This document shows positions 54,843-64,000 of a stretch of 64,000 nucleotides of DNA, in pieces. Origin of the DNA: a virus. Positions within the stretch are counted from its first letter, which is position 1; the number at the start of each line of letters is the position of its first letter. Under the pieces are notes generated by a model. That model made no database searches. It saw only the letters and a list, made by a program, of their open reading frames with translations, and was not told where the DNA came from. The stretch lies in IMG/VR virus record IMGVR_UViG_3300008107_000012; one strand, 5' to 3'. A program made the translations under genes and the position numbers.

Positions 54843-56102
54843 ATGGATGAATTTCAACTTGAAGAACTGCAAAAGTCAAATCAGCAAATACAGGATACTA
54901 TCCCTTATGATCCTAATGCTGCATCTAGGTATCCTAATGGATATACACCTGTAGGAATTGGTGAAGATAATACTCCAGTTGAGCAGGTTAATTCTGTAAA
55001 TGTTCCTGAAGTAGAAGTAACATCTCCAATATTAAACGACATTATTCCTCAGGACGTTTATGGGTCTTCTGGGGATAATATTTCTTTTGTGAATAGAAAT
55101 ATTCCAGAAGTTGAAAACATACGAATAGACTCAACAACTCCTGTAAGAAACGCAAATGTCGTTATTAGCAGTTTACCTGGGAATAATATTGTTCCTGATA
55201 GTTCTAGCAATAGTGATGGACCACCTATCGAAGAAGATGTGGTAGATCCACCTGTTGATCCAGAACCTCCTGTAGACCCCCCAGTTGATCCTGAAGATCC
55301 AGAGGATCCCCTACCACCTCCACCACCAGAAGATCCTGAAGATCCAGAGGATCCCCTACCACCTCCACCACCAGAAGATCCTGAAGATCCTGAAGATCCT
55401 GAAGATCCTGATCCAGAAGATCCTGAAGATCCTGAAGATCCTGAAGATCCAGAGGAACCTGAAGATCCAGAGGAACCTGAAGAACCTGAAGATCCAGAGG
55501 AACCTGAAGATCCAGAGGAACCTGAAGATCCAGAGGAACCTGAAGATCCAGAGGAACCTGAAGATCCAGAGGAACCTGGTGGGGGTAATCCTGGTAATGA
55601 TAAAGATGTAGGCAATTCCCCTTGGGATGGTGAGACAGGAGCATCAGACAATCCAGGCAAAGGTAATCACCAAGATGGACAAGATCCCGAACCAAACCAA
55701 CCTCCAGGCGATTCAAAAAATGACGGAGGACAAAATAATGATCCAAAAGATCCTCCTGGTAATGGAGGAGATAATGGAAATGGTGGAGGAAAACCTGATG
55801 AACAGCAAAATAATGGATGGGGGAATGGAGATGATGATGCTCCAGGTAATTCCCTCAATCACAATAACGCTGAAAATGATCAGTCTCCAAGTGAACATTA
55901 TGATGATTTTGTTGGAAGATTCTTAGAAGAAAATCCAGTAGATCTAAATGATATTAATACTCACGAAATTCCTAACGAGCATCCTCTTGATAATTTTGAT
56001 ACTCATATTCCTGATGTTGTATTAGATAATTTGCCTGAAGTTCACTTTGATCACTTTGACCATCCTATGGATCATTTTGATCACGGACCTCATAGTATGT
56101 AA
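54843..56102 (+). CDS. Acidic, Pro-rich, low-complexity late protein
   Basis: PED/PEE tandem repeats, NNGWGNGDDDAPGNS motif, His/Asp-rich tail; TAAATA upstream. Confidence 0.75.
   Translation: MDEFQLEELQKSNQQIQDTIPYDPNAASRYPNGYTPVGIGEDNTPVEQVNSVNVPEVEVTSPILNDIIPQDVYGSSGDNISFVNRNIPEVENIRIDSTTPVRNANVVISSLPGNNIVPDSSSNSDGPPIEEDVVDPPVDPEPPVDPPVDPEDPEDPLPPPPPEDPEDPEDPLPPPPPEDPEDPEDPEDPDPEDPEDPEDPEDPEEPEDPEEPEEPEDPEEPEDPEEPEDPEEPEDPEEPEDPEEPGGGNPGNDKDVGNSPWDGETGASDNPGKGNHQDGQDPEPNQPPGDSKNDGGQNNDPKDPPGNGGDNGNGGGKPDEQQNNGWGNGDDDAPGNSLNHNNAENDQSPSEHYDDFVGRFLEENPVDLNDINTHEIPNEHPLDNFDTHIPDVVLDNLPEVHFDHFDHPMDHFDHGPHSM
55289..55578 (+). repeat. Coding tandem repeats (9-nt CCTGAAGAT and 18-nt CCTGAAGATCCAGAGGAA units)
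   Basis: Direct repeats visible in the sequence; they encode PED/PEE. Confidence 0.9.
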
Positions 56103-56431
56103 GGATAAGCAATTCCTTCATTCAACATTCTTTCATTTACAGTGACTGGATCACCGACACAATAGAGAACACCAAGTATTCTTCCGTACTTGTCTTCTTT
56201 ATGCGTTTCGATGATCCAGTCACCTTCTTTTGCAAGTTCTTTTTCTAACCAAAGTCTTGCATCAATACCTTTTTTCTTTTCTTCTAAGTCTTTAGTTCTT
56301 GTCTCTGCTGCATCAATATCTTTGAGACGAACTCTTTGTCTGAGTGTAATGCTAAATCCTAAATCAATATCTAAATCAACAGTGTCTCCGTCAATGACTC
56401 TGTGAATCTTCTTTATTTTGTACTGATACAT
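56090..56431 (-). CDS. Thermonuclease (SNase-like)
   Basis: VIDGDT, RL..IDAAE and KYGRIL motifs. Confidence 0.88.
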   Translation of the reverse strand: MYQYKIKKIHRVIDGDTVDLDIDLGFSITLRQRVRLKDIDAAETRTKDLEEKKKGIDARLWLEKELAKEGDWIIETHKEDKYGRILGVLYCVGDPVTVNERMLNEGIAYPYIL

Positions 56432-56527
56432 TTTCCTGATTTGCGATGAGTAGGATTTTATAAATGACCCAAGCAACACCAATCAAACAAATGCCGAGTA
56501 AAATATTAACAGACCAAACGACATCTT

Positions 56528-56740
56528 TCACTTTTTAACTTCTCTTAGAATTTGATATAAAATATCTTGAGTTTTTTGTTGTTCTTGTTTTAGTTCTTGA
56601 ACTTCTTGTTTCACTCTTTCAACATCTTTAGTATTCACAAGAGTATTTTGTGAAACTGTCCAAAAACCAGTAAAACCTCCAATAATTGCGGCACCAAGAA
56701 CAGAAGTTGCTATAGTTCCCATATTGATTTGAAAGTTCAT
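56528..56740 (-). CDS. Small TM plus coiled-coil protein
   Basis: N-terminal hydrophobic helix followed by heptads. Confidence 0.6.
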   Translation of the reverse strand: MNFQINMGTIATSVLGAAIIGGFTGFWTVSQNTLVNTKDVERVKQEVQELKQEQQKTQDILYQILREVKK

Positions 56741-56754
56741 CGTTTTTGAAATAT

Positions 56755-56946
56755 TTATCTACCCTCTTCCTTGTGTATCCAAGTCTTGAGTTCGTGGAGA
56801 TAGTTTCTCAACATATCTGCTTTTTGTAGGTGCCACAAATCACCACTCTTGAAGTATTCTTGAGTGTGATTGTCTATTGCTTTTAGAATGTTATGTATTG
56901 GTGCGTTCCAAGGTTCACGCTTGGGTGTATTCCATTCTCGCGGCAA
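56755..56946 (-). CDS. Conserved cyanophage hypothetical protein
   Basis: REWNTPKREPWN...AIDNH. Confidence 0.65.
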   Translation of the reverse strand: MPREWNTPKREPWNAPIHNILKAIDNHTQEYFKSGDLWHLQKADMLRNYLHELKTWIHKEEGR

Positions 56947-56955
56947 GGTGACACC

Positions 56956-57057
56956 TCACTTTTTCTTACCACCGTTTTTTGCTTTTTTTGCAGTCGCATT
57001 ACCTTGATTTTGTTTTGAATGTCCTTTCTTGGACTTCTTGTTAGGCGACTTAGACAT
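56956..57057 (-). CDS. Small very basic peptide (MSKSPNKKSKKG...GGKKK)
   Basis: Read by hand; AAGGA RBS and TAAATA upstream on the minus strand. Confidence 0.55.
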   Translation of the reverse strand: MSKSPNKKSKKGHSKQNQGNATAKKAKNGGKKK

Positions 57058-57169
57058 TAGTAGTCCTTATGATGCAAGAGTATTTAGGAGGGTTGACAGG
57101 TCTGTGAAGAAGTGTTATGATAAATACATCAACGGGTTAAGAAATGTAACAGGTTCTTAATTCTTGTCC

Positions 57170-57285
57170 TCTTTCAACCGAGACCTATGGGGAGGTTAAA
57201 CACAGTCTCTCATACCCACACTGGAGGGTGGTGTGGGGAATATTGTAACATCCAGAACCCCCTGGACTTTTACTTACCCTTTAAC
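57170..57285 (+). ncRNA. PhotoRC-II-like structured 5' UTR of psbA
   Basis: GAGAC...GTCTC and CCCACAC...GTGTGGG stems directly upstream of psbA. Family assignment is from memory. Confidence 0.6.
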
Positions 57286-57290
57286 GAAAA

Positions 57291-58922
57291 ATGACTGCTA
57301 CAATTTCACAACAACGACAATCAAATACTTGGGAACAGTTTTGTAACTGGATTACGTCAACTGATAATAGGTTGTACGTCGGGTGGTTTGGAACCCTTAT
57401 GATTCCGACACTACTTGCTGCAACTATTTGTTTCGTCGTCGCATTTATTGCGGCTCCTCCCGTAGACATTAACTAATCGGTGTCCCTTACTCGTAAGAGT
57501 ATTGACGAAACTGGGTGAAATGCTGGAAACCGAAAGGCAATCAGCAGCCAAGCCTCAAGTACACTTGAGGAAGGTTCAGAGACTACCTGAGAGGTTCAGT
57601 CCTCTTAATAACAGGTTTAAGTGCCCAGCCCCTTCTATGAAGGGTGAAGATATAGTCCACACATCTACTGTTGACTTTTTCTTGCTAATGCTGTATAAAT
57701 AATACAGAAGACGCAAGAGTAAAATGTTAGACTTAACTGAAACTGATGTTGCTTGGATTGCTGGATTATTAGAAGGTGAAGGATACTTTGGAATAGATAA
57801 TCGTTCCAAAGACCGTTACGAAACTTCTAAAACTCCACCATCACCTTTTATCAAAGTTTCTATGGTAGATGAAGATATTATCCAAAGGTTGAGTAGACTT
57901 TTAGATAAACCATACTTCTCACCATCAAGAAAAACTGTAACAGGTAAACAAGTTTATACACTTCACATCGGAGAAAAAGAAAAGGTTTTATCTATTCTGC
58001 AACAAATACTTCCTTATATGGGGGTAAGAAGAGGAGAAAGAATAACCGAATGTATTTCTCACCTACAAACTTGGAAAGAGTGGGTAGAAAATGGTGGAAG
58101 AGTAGAAAACGCAAAACGAGCAAATCAAATCCGTCAACAGAAGCAACCTAAGTCACAAGATATGGTTGTTTGTTAGATGTAGGCGACGGGATTCGTGAAC
58201 CAGTTGCTGGTTCTCTAATGTACGGAAACAACATCATTTCAGGTGCTGTTATTCCTTCAAGCAACGCCATCGGCTTGCATTTTTATCCCATTTGGGAAGC
58301 TGCTTCTCTTGATGAGTGGCTCTATAACGGTGGTCCTTACCAACTGGTAGTCTTCCACTTCCTCATCGGTATTTTCTCTTATATGGGACGTGAGTGGGAA
58401 CTCTCTTATCGTCTTGGTATGCGTCCTTGGATCTGCGTTGCTTACAGTGCTCCTGTTGCTGCTGCTACTGCTGTATTCCTGGTTTATCCTTTCGGTCAAG
58501 GTTCTTTCTCTGACGGTATGCCTCTGGGTATCTCTGGTACTTTCAACTATATGCTTGTATTCCAGGCAGAACATAACATCCTGATGCACCCCTTCCATAT
58601 GCTTGGAGTTGCTGGTGTCTTCGGTGGTTCACTCTTCAGTGCTATGCACGGTTCACTGGTGACTTCTTCACTGGTTCGTGAAACTACTGAGAACGAGTCA
58701 CAGAACTATGGATACAAGTTCGGTCAAGAAGAAGAGACCTACAACATCGTTGCTGCTCACGGGTATTTTGGTCGTCTAATCTTCCAATATGCTTCGTTTG
58801 TCCTGAACCGTGCTGGACTCGGAATGGAAGTGATGCACGAGCGCAATGCTCACAACTTCCCTCTGGACCTTGCTGCTGTTGAGAACACACCTGTTGCTCT
58901 CACTGCACCAGCAATTGGTTGA
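57291..58922 (+). CDS. psbA: Photosystem II D1, join(57291..57469,58184..58922); lacks N266-D319
   Basis: NRLYVGWFG, spliced [25 protein letters not shown]. Spliced product is 305 aa. Confidence 0.93.
57470..58183 (+). mobile_element. Group I intron (714 nt) in psbA codon 60
   Basis: P1 GACAU/GUGUC with U:G at the splice site; AATCAGCAG, GTTCAGAGACTA and AAGATATAGTCC core; P9 ACATCTA/TAGATGT; terminal G; splicing restores GAC ATC GAC GGG. Confidence 0.93.
57724..58176 (+). CDS. Intron-encoded single-motif LAGLIDADG homing endonuclease
   Basis: [10 protein letters not shown] motif; located in the P9 loop; own TTGACT-N17-TATAAATA promoter at 57671-57701. Confidence 0.85.
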   Translation: MLDLTETDVAWIAGLLEGEGYFGIDNRSKDRYETSKTPPSPFIKVSMVDEDIIQRLSRLLDKPYFSPSRKTVTGKQVYTLHIGEKEKVLSILQQILPYMGVRRGERITECISHLQTWKEWVENGGRVENAKRANQIRQQKQPKSQDMVVC

Positions 58923-58975
58923 TATAAAACTTAATAACTGATATAATTAAGAGGGTATAACAACCCTCTTTTTTT

Positions 58976-59248
58976 ATGCTTTATCTTTTTTCAAAAACGG
59001 AATGCGGTCCTTGCATTCTTGTTAAAAAGTATTTTAAAACTATGGAAGACCCAAGGACAGAACAAATTAAAGAAATTCTTCTTGATGATGGATGTGCCGA
59101 AGAAGATCTTCAGTTTGCTAAAAAATATGGAGTTACCGCAACTCCTACTCTTCTAGTAATCAAAGATGACGAAGTAATTGAAGAGTATATTGGTGGAGTT
59201 CCTATCACACAAAACATCACCAAAATTTTAGGTAACTATACTGATTGA
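58976..59248 (+). CDS. Thioredoxin/glutaredoxin-like protein
   Basis: CGPC and YGVTATPTL motifs. Confidence 0.85.
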   Translation: MLYLFSKTECGPCILVKKYFKTMEDPRTEQIKEILLDDGCAEEDLQFAKKYGVTATPTLLVIKDDEVIEEYIGGVPITQNITKILGNYTD

Positions 59249-59301
59249 CTTCCAGATTAAGAAACATTACAATAAATATTACAAATCATTACGGAGGATT
59301 G

Positions 59302-60363
59302 ATGGTTTCGTCAACACTTTCACAACCAATTTCACAAAGGGGGTGGTTCGATGTCTTGGATGACTGGCTTAAACGAGATCGCTTTGTATTTGTGGGCTGG
59401 TCTGGACTACTTCTTTTTCCCACTGCTTATTTGGCCCTTGGTGGCTGGCTTACTGGCACAACGTTTGTTACAAGCTGGTACACCCACGGGTTGGCGTCTA
59501 GTTACCTTGAGGGTGCTAATTTCCTCACAGCAGCTGTTTCGACGCCTGCAGATGCTATGGGTCATTCTCTTCTTCTACTTTGGGGTCCTGAGTCTCAAGG
59601 GGATTTCGTCAGGTGGTGCCAACTTGGGGGACTCTGGACTTTTGTGGCGCTCCACGGAGCCTTCTCTCTTATAGGTTTTATGTTGCGTCAGTTTGAGATT
59701 GCTCGCCTTGTGGGCATCCGTCCCTACAACGCAATTGCATTCTCTGGACCCATTGCAGTATTCGTTTCTGTATTCCTGATGTATCCACTGGGTCAATCCA
59801 GTTGGTTCTTTGCTCCCTCCTTTGGAGTGGCAGCAATCTTCAGGTTCCTTCTGTTTCTTCAGGGTTTCCACAACTGGACTCTCAATCCCTTCCATATGAT
59901 GGGAGTTGCTGGTATACTGGGAGGAGCACTGCTCTGTGCGATTCATGGAGCAACTGTAGAAAACACTCTATTTGAAGATAGTGATCAGGCAAACACTTTC
60001 AAGGCATTTGAACCGACTCAAGAGGAAGAGACTTATTCAATGGTTACTGCGAACCGATTCTGGTCGCAGATTTTTGGAATTGCTTTTTCCAATAAGCGTT
60101 GGTTACATTTTTTCATGCTTTTTGTTCCCGTTATGGGTCTCTGGACTAGTTCTATTGGCATTATTGGTCTGGCTCTCAATCTTAGGGCCTATGATTTTGT
60201 GAGTCAGGAGATTCGTGCAGCAGAGGATCCCTCATACGAAACTTTCTACACGAAAAATATACTTCTTAACGAAGGGCTTCGTGCCTGGTTAGCACCAGTT
60301 GATCAGCCACACGAATCGTTCGTTTTTCCAGAGGAGGTGTTGCCTCGGGGCAACGCACTTTGA
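59302..60363 (+). CDS. psbD: Photosystem II D2
   Basis: [16 protein letters not shown]...[10 protein letters not shown]; GGAGG RBS before ATG 59302. Confidence 0.97.
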   Translation: MVSSTLSQPISQRGWFDVLDDWLKRDRFVFVGWSGLLLFPTAYLALGGWLTGTTFVTSWYTHGLASSYLEGANFLTAAVSTPADAMGHSLLLLWGPESQGDFVRWCQLGGLWTFVALHGAFSLIGFMLRQFEIARLVGIRPYNAIAFSGPIAVFVSVFLMYPLGQSSWFFAPSFGVAAIFRFLLFLQGFHNWTLNPFHMMGVAGILGGALLCAIHGATVENTLFEDSDQANTFKAFEPTQEEETYSMVTANRFWSQIFGIAFSNKRWLHFFMLFVPVMGLWTSSIGIIGLALNLRAYDFVSQEIRAAEDPSYETFYTKNILLNEGLRAWLAPVDQPHESFVFPEEVLPRGNAL

Positions 60364-60456
60364 TTATAAAGACCTCATTATTGGGGTCTTTTTTATTTAC
60401 ATAAGACCCAAAGTATGATATAATATAAATATTAATAGATATTCAAAGTTAGGATA

Positions 60457-61026
60457 ATGCCTTTAAATAGTAAATCAAAACCTTGCGGTGCATTAGTCGG
60501 TGAAAAGTTTGAAAAACTTATTGTTTTAAAAGAAGAAGTTGTTTTTAAAAGTGGTAAAAATAGAGTATTTGCTACTTGTGAATGTGAGTGTGGTAATCAA
60601 AAACTATGCGATAGAACTAGTTTATTAAATGGTAGGACAACTAGTTGTGGATGTGTTAGACGGGAAACTACAATTGCTTTCAATAAAACCAAAAAGAAAC
60701 CAGAAGGTGAGTTAAAAAAAGATGATAGAAGATATAAAATGTTTCATAATGCTCAACACAGAGCAAAAAGAAAAGGTATTCCTTTTACTATAACTATAGA
60801 TGATATTATTATTCCAGAAACCTGCCCTTTACTTGGAATACCTCTTGTATCTACTAATGATAAAAGAGATCCAAGAAATCCAAGTTTGGATCAAAAAGAT
60901 CCTGGTAAAGGGTATACTCCTGATAATATATGGGTAATCTCATCAAGAGCTAATGCCTTAAAGTGGGATGCTTCCCTACAAGAACTCCAAACATTAGTAG
61001 AAAGCCTCAAATCTTATGTCTCATAA
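60457..61026 (+). CDS. Free-standing homing-endonuclease-like protein (HNH/His-Me)
   Basis: CECECG...SCGC N-terminal domain; CPLLG..PSLD...GY..NIWVIS..AN..K C-terminal domain. Confidence 0.75.
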   Translation: MPLNSKSKPCGALVGEKFEKLIVLKEEVVFKSGKNRVFATCECECGNQKLCDRTSLLNGRTTSCGCVRRETTIAFNKTKKKPEGELKKDDRRYKMFHNAQHRAKRKGIPFTITIDDIIIPETCPLLGIPLVSTNDKRDPRNPSLDQKDPGKGYTPDNIWVISSRANALKWDASLQELQTLVESLKSYVS

Positions 61027-61282
61027 ACCTCAACACGAACCTATGGAACCTTGGGTAATCTGGGCAGGCGTAGGAATAATGATGTTCACAGTTATTGTGT
61101 TTGTTGTATTCACTCTTTCGATGATGTACTTTTAAGCATATGTTCTTCATCCTTACCGTTTTCATTCTCTTTGGTATCTTTATGTTTGTAATGTCTATGA
61201 TAGAATAATATGTTCAATCCATAACATTTTGATGACACTAAAAAAGAACTCCGTATAATTACTTAGGAGTTCTTTTTCTTTT

Positions 61283-61948
61283 ATGAAGATCTTTTTAGAC
61301 ACAGCAGATGTTGCAATGATTAGTTCAGCATATGATACTGGACTATTAGATGGAGTCACCACAAACCCCACTTTGATTCTTAAAAGTGGTAGACAATTAA
61401 AAGAAGTAATTGAAAATATATCACAGGAATTTCCAGAGTTAATAAGCATTTCTGCAGAAGTTGTTGCGGATGACCACGAAGAAATGCTTTCTCAAGCACA
61501 AAAGTATTATTCAATTGCACCAGCAGTTACAATCAAGGTTCCTTGTACCGTAGAAGGATTGAAGGCTTGTAAGTTCTTATCTAAGCAAGGGATACAAACA
61601 AATGTAACTTTGGTGTTCTCTGTAGCACAGGCAATCCTTGCATCAAAGGCAGGAGCAACATATATTTCACCATTCGTTGGTCGTTGGATGGATAATTCGA
61701 TTGATGGTATTGAACTTATCAAGAACATCCGCAAAGTATTCAATCAATCTCGTTCATATACACAAATTCTTGCAGCATCTCTTCGTGATGTAAGACAGGT
61801 AGAACAATCTGCTCTTGCTGGTGCTGATGTTGTTACTATTCCTCCTACAGTATTTTGGGGAATGTATAAGAACATTATGACTGAGAAGGGTTTAGACTTG
61901 TTCCAAAAGGATTGGGATGAAGTTATTAACAGCAAAAAAGAACAATGA
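61283..61948 (+). CDS. talC: Transaldolase (short TalC/Fsa type)
   Basis: FLDTA, GVTTNPT, IKVP, NVTL and YISPFVGR motifs. Confidence 0.95.
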   Translation: MKIFLDTADVAMISSAYDTGLLDGVTTNPTLILKSGRQLKEVIENISQEFPELISISAEVVADDHEEMLSQAQKYYSIAPAVTIKVPCTVEGLKACKFLSKQGIQTNVTLVFSVAQAILASKAGATYISPFVGRWMDNSIDGIELIKNIRKVFNQSRSYTQILAASLRDVRQVEQSALAGADVVTIPPTVFWGMYKNIMTEKGLDLFQKDWDEVINSKKEQ

Positions 61949-62326
61949 AAAAGTTTAACGATATTGTTTTATCAATTACGGTAGCAATTATTGACTTTTT
62001 CTACCGTAATCATCCAATACAAAGATTTTGGATTCTGGAAACAATTGCCAGAGCACCTTATTTCTCATTTCTAAGTGTTCTTCATTTGAGAGAATCATTA
62101 GGATTACGTGGAGAAGACCACTTATATCTTATGAAAGAACACTTCGCACAAACTCTAAATGAAACTGAACATCTGGAGTATATGGAAAGTATCGGTGGTG
62201 CTGATCGTTGGGTTGATCGCCTATTTGCTTGGCTGGGAACATCCTGAAGATAAAAAGATTGCAGAAATCGCAGTAGACGAAATGAATCATTATATAGAAC
62301 TCATAAGAGCAATGGAGTTGGTATGA
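61945..62326 (+). pseudogene. ptoX: Plastoquinol terminal oxidase with an out-of-frame internal deletion
   Basis: LETIARAPY and NETEHL; the C-terminal WEHPED...DEMNH is in another frame from 62234. Confidence 0.8.
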
Positions 62327-63654
62327 AAGGGATAGTTATATTTGGAGCAACTGGAGACCTCTGTAAAAAGAAATTGATTCCAGCACTCTATACTCTTCAT
62401 AAGAAAAATCTTTTACCAAAAGGATTGAAGATTATTGGTGCCTCCAGAACTCAACACAATAAAGATAGTTGGGTTGGTGTACTTGGGCATTATTCTCAAG
62501 AGTTTATCAAAAGACTTGAATATGTTCCTTGTGATTTAAGTGATGCTGAGTCTCTTAAATCCTTGGAATCTTATGAGGATACAACTTATTTTCTATCAGT
62601 TCCACCAGAACGATATGCTGATGCTATTACAAACCTCAAAGAAGCAGGTAAGTTAGATGACGCAGAAAAATCTAGAGTTATTATTGAGAAACCTTTTGGC
62701 ACCGATCTTCAATCTGCTAATTATTTACAATCTGTGGTTTCTGGATATTTACGCGAAAAACAAGTTTATCGCATTGACCATTATCTTGGCAAAGACACTG
62801 TTAATAACATTCTTGCCACTCGTTTTAGCAATATTCTTCTTGAACCACTATGGAACCGAAATTTCATAGAGGAAGTCCAGATTTTTGCAACCGAAACAAT
62901 TGGTTGTGAAGGCCGAGCACAGTATTATGATACTGCTGGTGCCGTAAGGGATATGCTTCAGAACCATATGCTTCAGGTTCTGGCACTGATTGCTATGGAA
63001 CCACCTTGTAAGAATGATGCCAAAGAAATTCGTAGAGAGAAGGTCAAGGTTCTGGCAGCAACCAGATTAGGTGATAATGTAATTCTTGGGCAATATGATG
63101 GATATAAAAATGAAGAGGGTGTGAAACAAGATTCACAGACACCAACTTTCGTTGCTGGTGATTTATATGTAGATAACTGGAGATGGAAAGGTGTTCCTTT
63201 TCACTTTATGACTGGTAAGAAGATGCCCGTGAATTGTGTTGAGGTTGTGATTAAATTTAAAGCACCTCCGCAACAATTGTTTGAGGGGCACGAATGTAAT
63301 GATAGAATCGTAATGAGATTACAACCAGATCCACATCTGGATATGCGTATTGATATTAAATCACCAGGACTAAATGATAAGGTGGAACCAGCACTTCTTC
63401 AGTATCATTATCCTGTAGAGAAAGCAATTGATGGTTATGTAAAACTTTTTTATGATGCGATTAATGAAGACCAATCGCACTTTGTTCACGCAGATGAAGT
63501 GCTGGAGTCTTGGAGAATTGTTGATGATCTTCTATGTACTGGAGATCATTGTCGTATTATGACGATGCCATATCTTTATAATGAAGGAGTTTGGGGTCCT
63601 TGGCAAAAGACAGAACTTATTACTAAGTGGGACTATCCACTCAAATTAAAATAG
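62323..63654 (+). CDS. zwf: Glucose-6-phosphate dehydrogenase
   Basis: GATGDL, EKPFG, RIDHYLGK and DMLQNH motifs. Confidence 0.96.
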   Translation: MKGIVIFGATGDLCKKKLIPALYTLHKKNLLPKGLKIIGASRTQHNKDSWVGVLGHYSQEFIKRLEYVPCDLSDAESLKSLESYEDTTYFLSVPPERYADAITNLKEAGKLDDAEKSRVIIEKPFGTDLQSANYLQSVVSGYLREKQVYRIDHYLGKDTVNNILATRFSNILLEPLWNRNFIEEVQIFATETIGCEGRAQYYDTAGAVRDMLQNHMLQVLALIAMEPPCKNDAKEIRREKVKVLAATRLGDNVILGQYDGYKNEEGVKQDSQTPTFVAGDLYVDNWRWKGVPFHFMTGKKMPVNCVEVVIKFKAPPQQLFEGHECNDRIVMRLQPDPHLDMRIDIKSPGLNDKVEPALLQYHYPVEKAIDGYVKLFYDAINEDQSHFVHADEVLESWRIVDDLLCTGDHCRIMTMPYLYNEGVWGPWQKTELITKWDYPLKLK

Positions 63655-63664
63655 GAGAAAGGTT

Positions 63665-64000
63665 ATGAGAGTAGGAATGATTGGATTAGGACGAATGGGA
63701 GAAGGAATGTCCCGTCGTATGATGAAGGCAGGTATTGAAGTATGGGGTTACAGGAGAAACTATGAAAAGGCAAACGAAGCATACGAAAACGGGTATGTTA
63801 ATGGTATTACAACTTCTATACAAAGCCTTGTTCAAGTAGTTAAAGGAAACAATCAACCAGGAATTTTCCAGATGGTAGTTCCTGCCGAAACAGTAGAGGA
63901 AACGATCAATGAGTTACTACGATTTTGTGGTGAAGGAGATATTATTATTGATCATGGCAATAGCAATTTTAAAGACAGTCGGAAGAGAGCAGAACGTCTG
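63665..64000 (+). CDS. gnd: 6-phosphogluconate dehydrogenase, 3' end truncated by the window
   Basis: MRVGMIGLGRMG...MVVPA...IIDHGNS. Confidence 0.93.
   Translation, partial: MRVGMIGLGRMGEGMSRRMMKAGIEVWGYRRNYEKANEAYENGYVNGITTSIQSLVQVVKGNNQPGIFQMVVPAETVEETINELLRFCGEGDIIIDHGNSNFKDSRKRAERL

Noticed and set aside
55289-55578. Possible CRISPR-like array
   Set aside because: The repeats are contiguous 9/18-nt coding units without unique spacers. No CRISPR array or cas gene was seen in the window.
55058-55746. Long alternative-frame and antisense ORFs (poly-GSS, LDLQVP and LKIQRN repeats)
   Set aside because: These are shadows of the stop-free tandem repeat in the PED protein, with no RBS or promoter support.
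57291-57476. Stand-alone 61-aa D1 fragment and a separate 250-aa D1 ORF starting at 58170
   Set aside because: Explained as exons 1 and 2 of intron-split psbA.
57502-57809. ORFs 57502-57702 (+) and 57576-57809 (-)
   Set aside because: They lie over the group I intron catalytic core.
1-64000. Stop-codon reassignment or suppressor tRNAs
   Set aside because: Core genes translate intact in the standard code, and no CUA, UUA or UCA anticodon was found (the TAG and TGA anticodons are Leu and Ser).

Overview
This 64 kb window comes from a large, AT-rich T4-like cyanomyophage; the gene content resembles freshwater S-CRM01-type phages, which is an inference. Nearly all genes are on the + strand. In order: (1) replication core (gp43, uvsX, gp41, mazG, gp61, nrdA, nrdB) interleaved with late, probably head-internal proteins; (2) a ~7 kb tRNA region with 23 tRNA genes covering all 20 amino acids, a two-piece (permuted) tmRNA, several unexplained structured RNAs, three HNH nucleases, Dps and an orphan Phd-like antitoxin; (3) a ~20 kb nucleotide-sugar, glycosyltransferase and methyltransferase island; (4) auxiliary metabolic genes: porin, pstS, hli, peroxiredoxin, psbA with a LAGLIDADG-encoding group I intron, psbD, talC, ptoX, zwf, gnd. 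The best candidate for an undescribed system is a ribosome-mediated transcription attenuator at 21561-21775. It has a 33-codon leader peptide with 15 consecutive different amino acids and mutually exclusive antiterminator/terminator hairpins. It sits directly upstream of a tRNA sub-array in which every specificity has a cognate codon in the leader, suggesting a sensor of tRNA depletion that switches on backup tRNAs. The second candidate is a programmed -1 frameshift (A_AAA_AAG plus hairpin) fusing a C39-like peptidase to a lysozyme that has no start codon of its own. Abrupt internal deletions in nrdA, the tmRNA/tRNA-Trp junction, psbA and ptoX may be assembly artefacts. All calls were made by eye and no searches were run.
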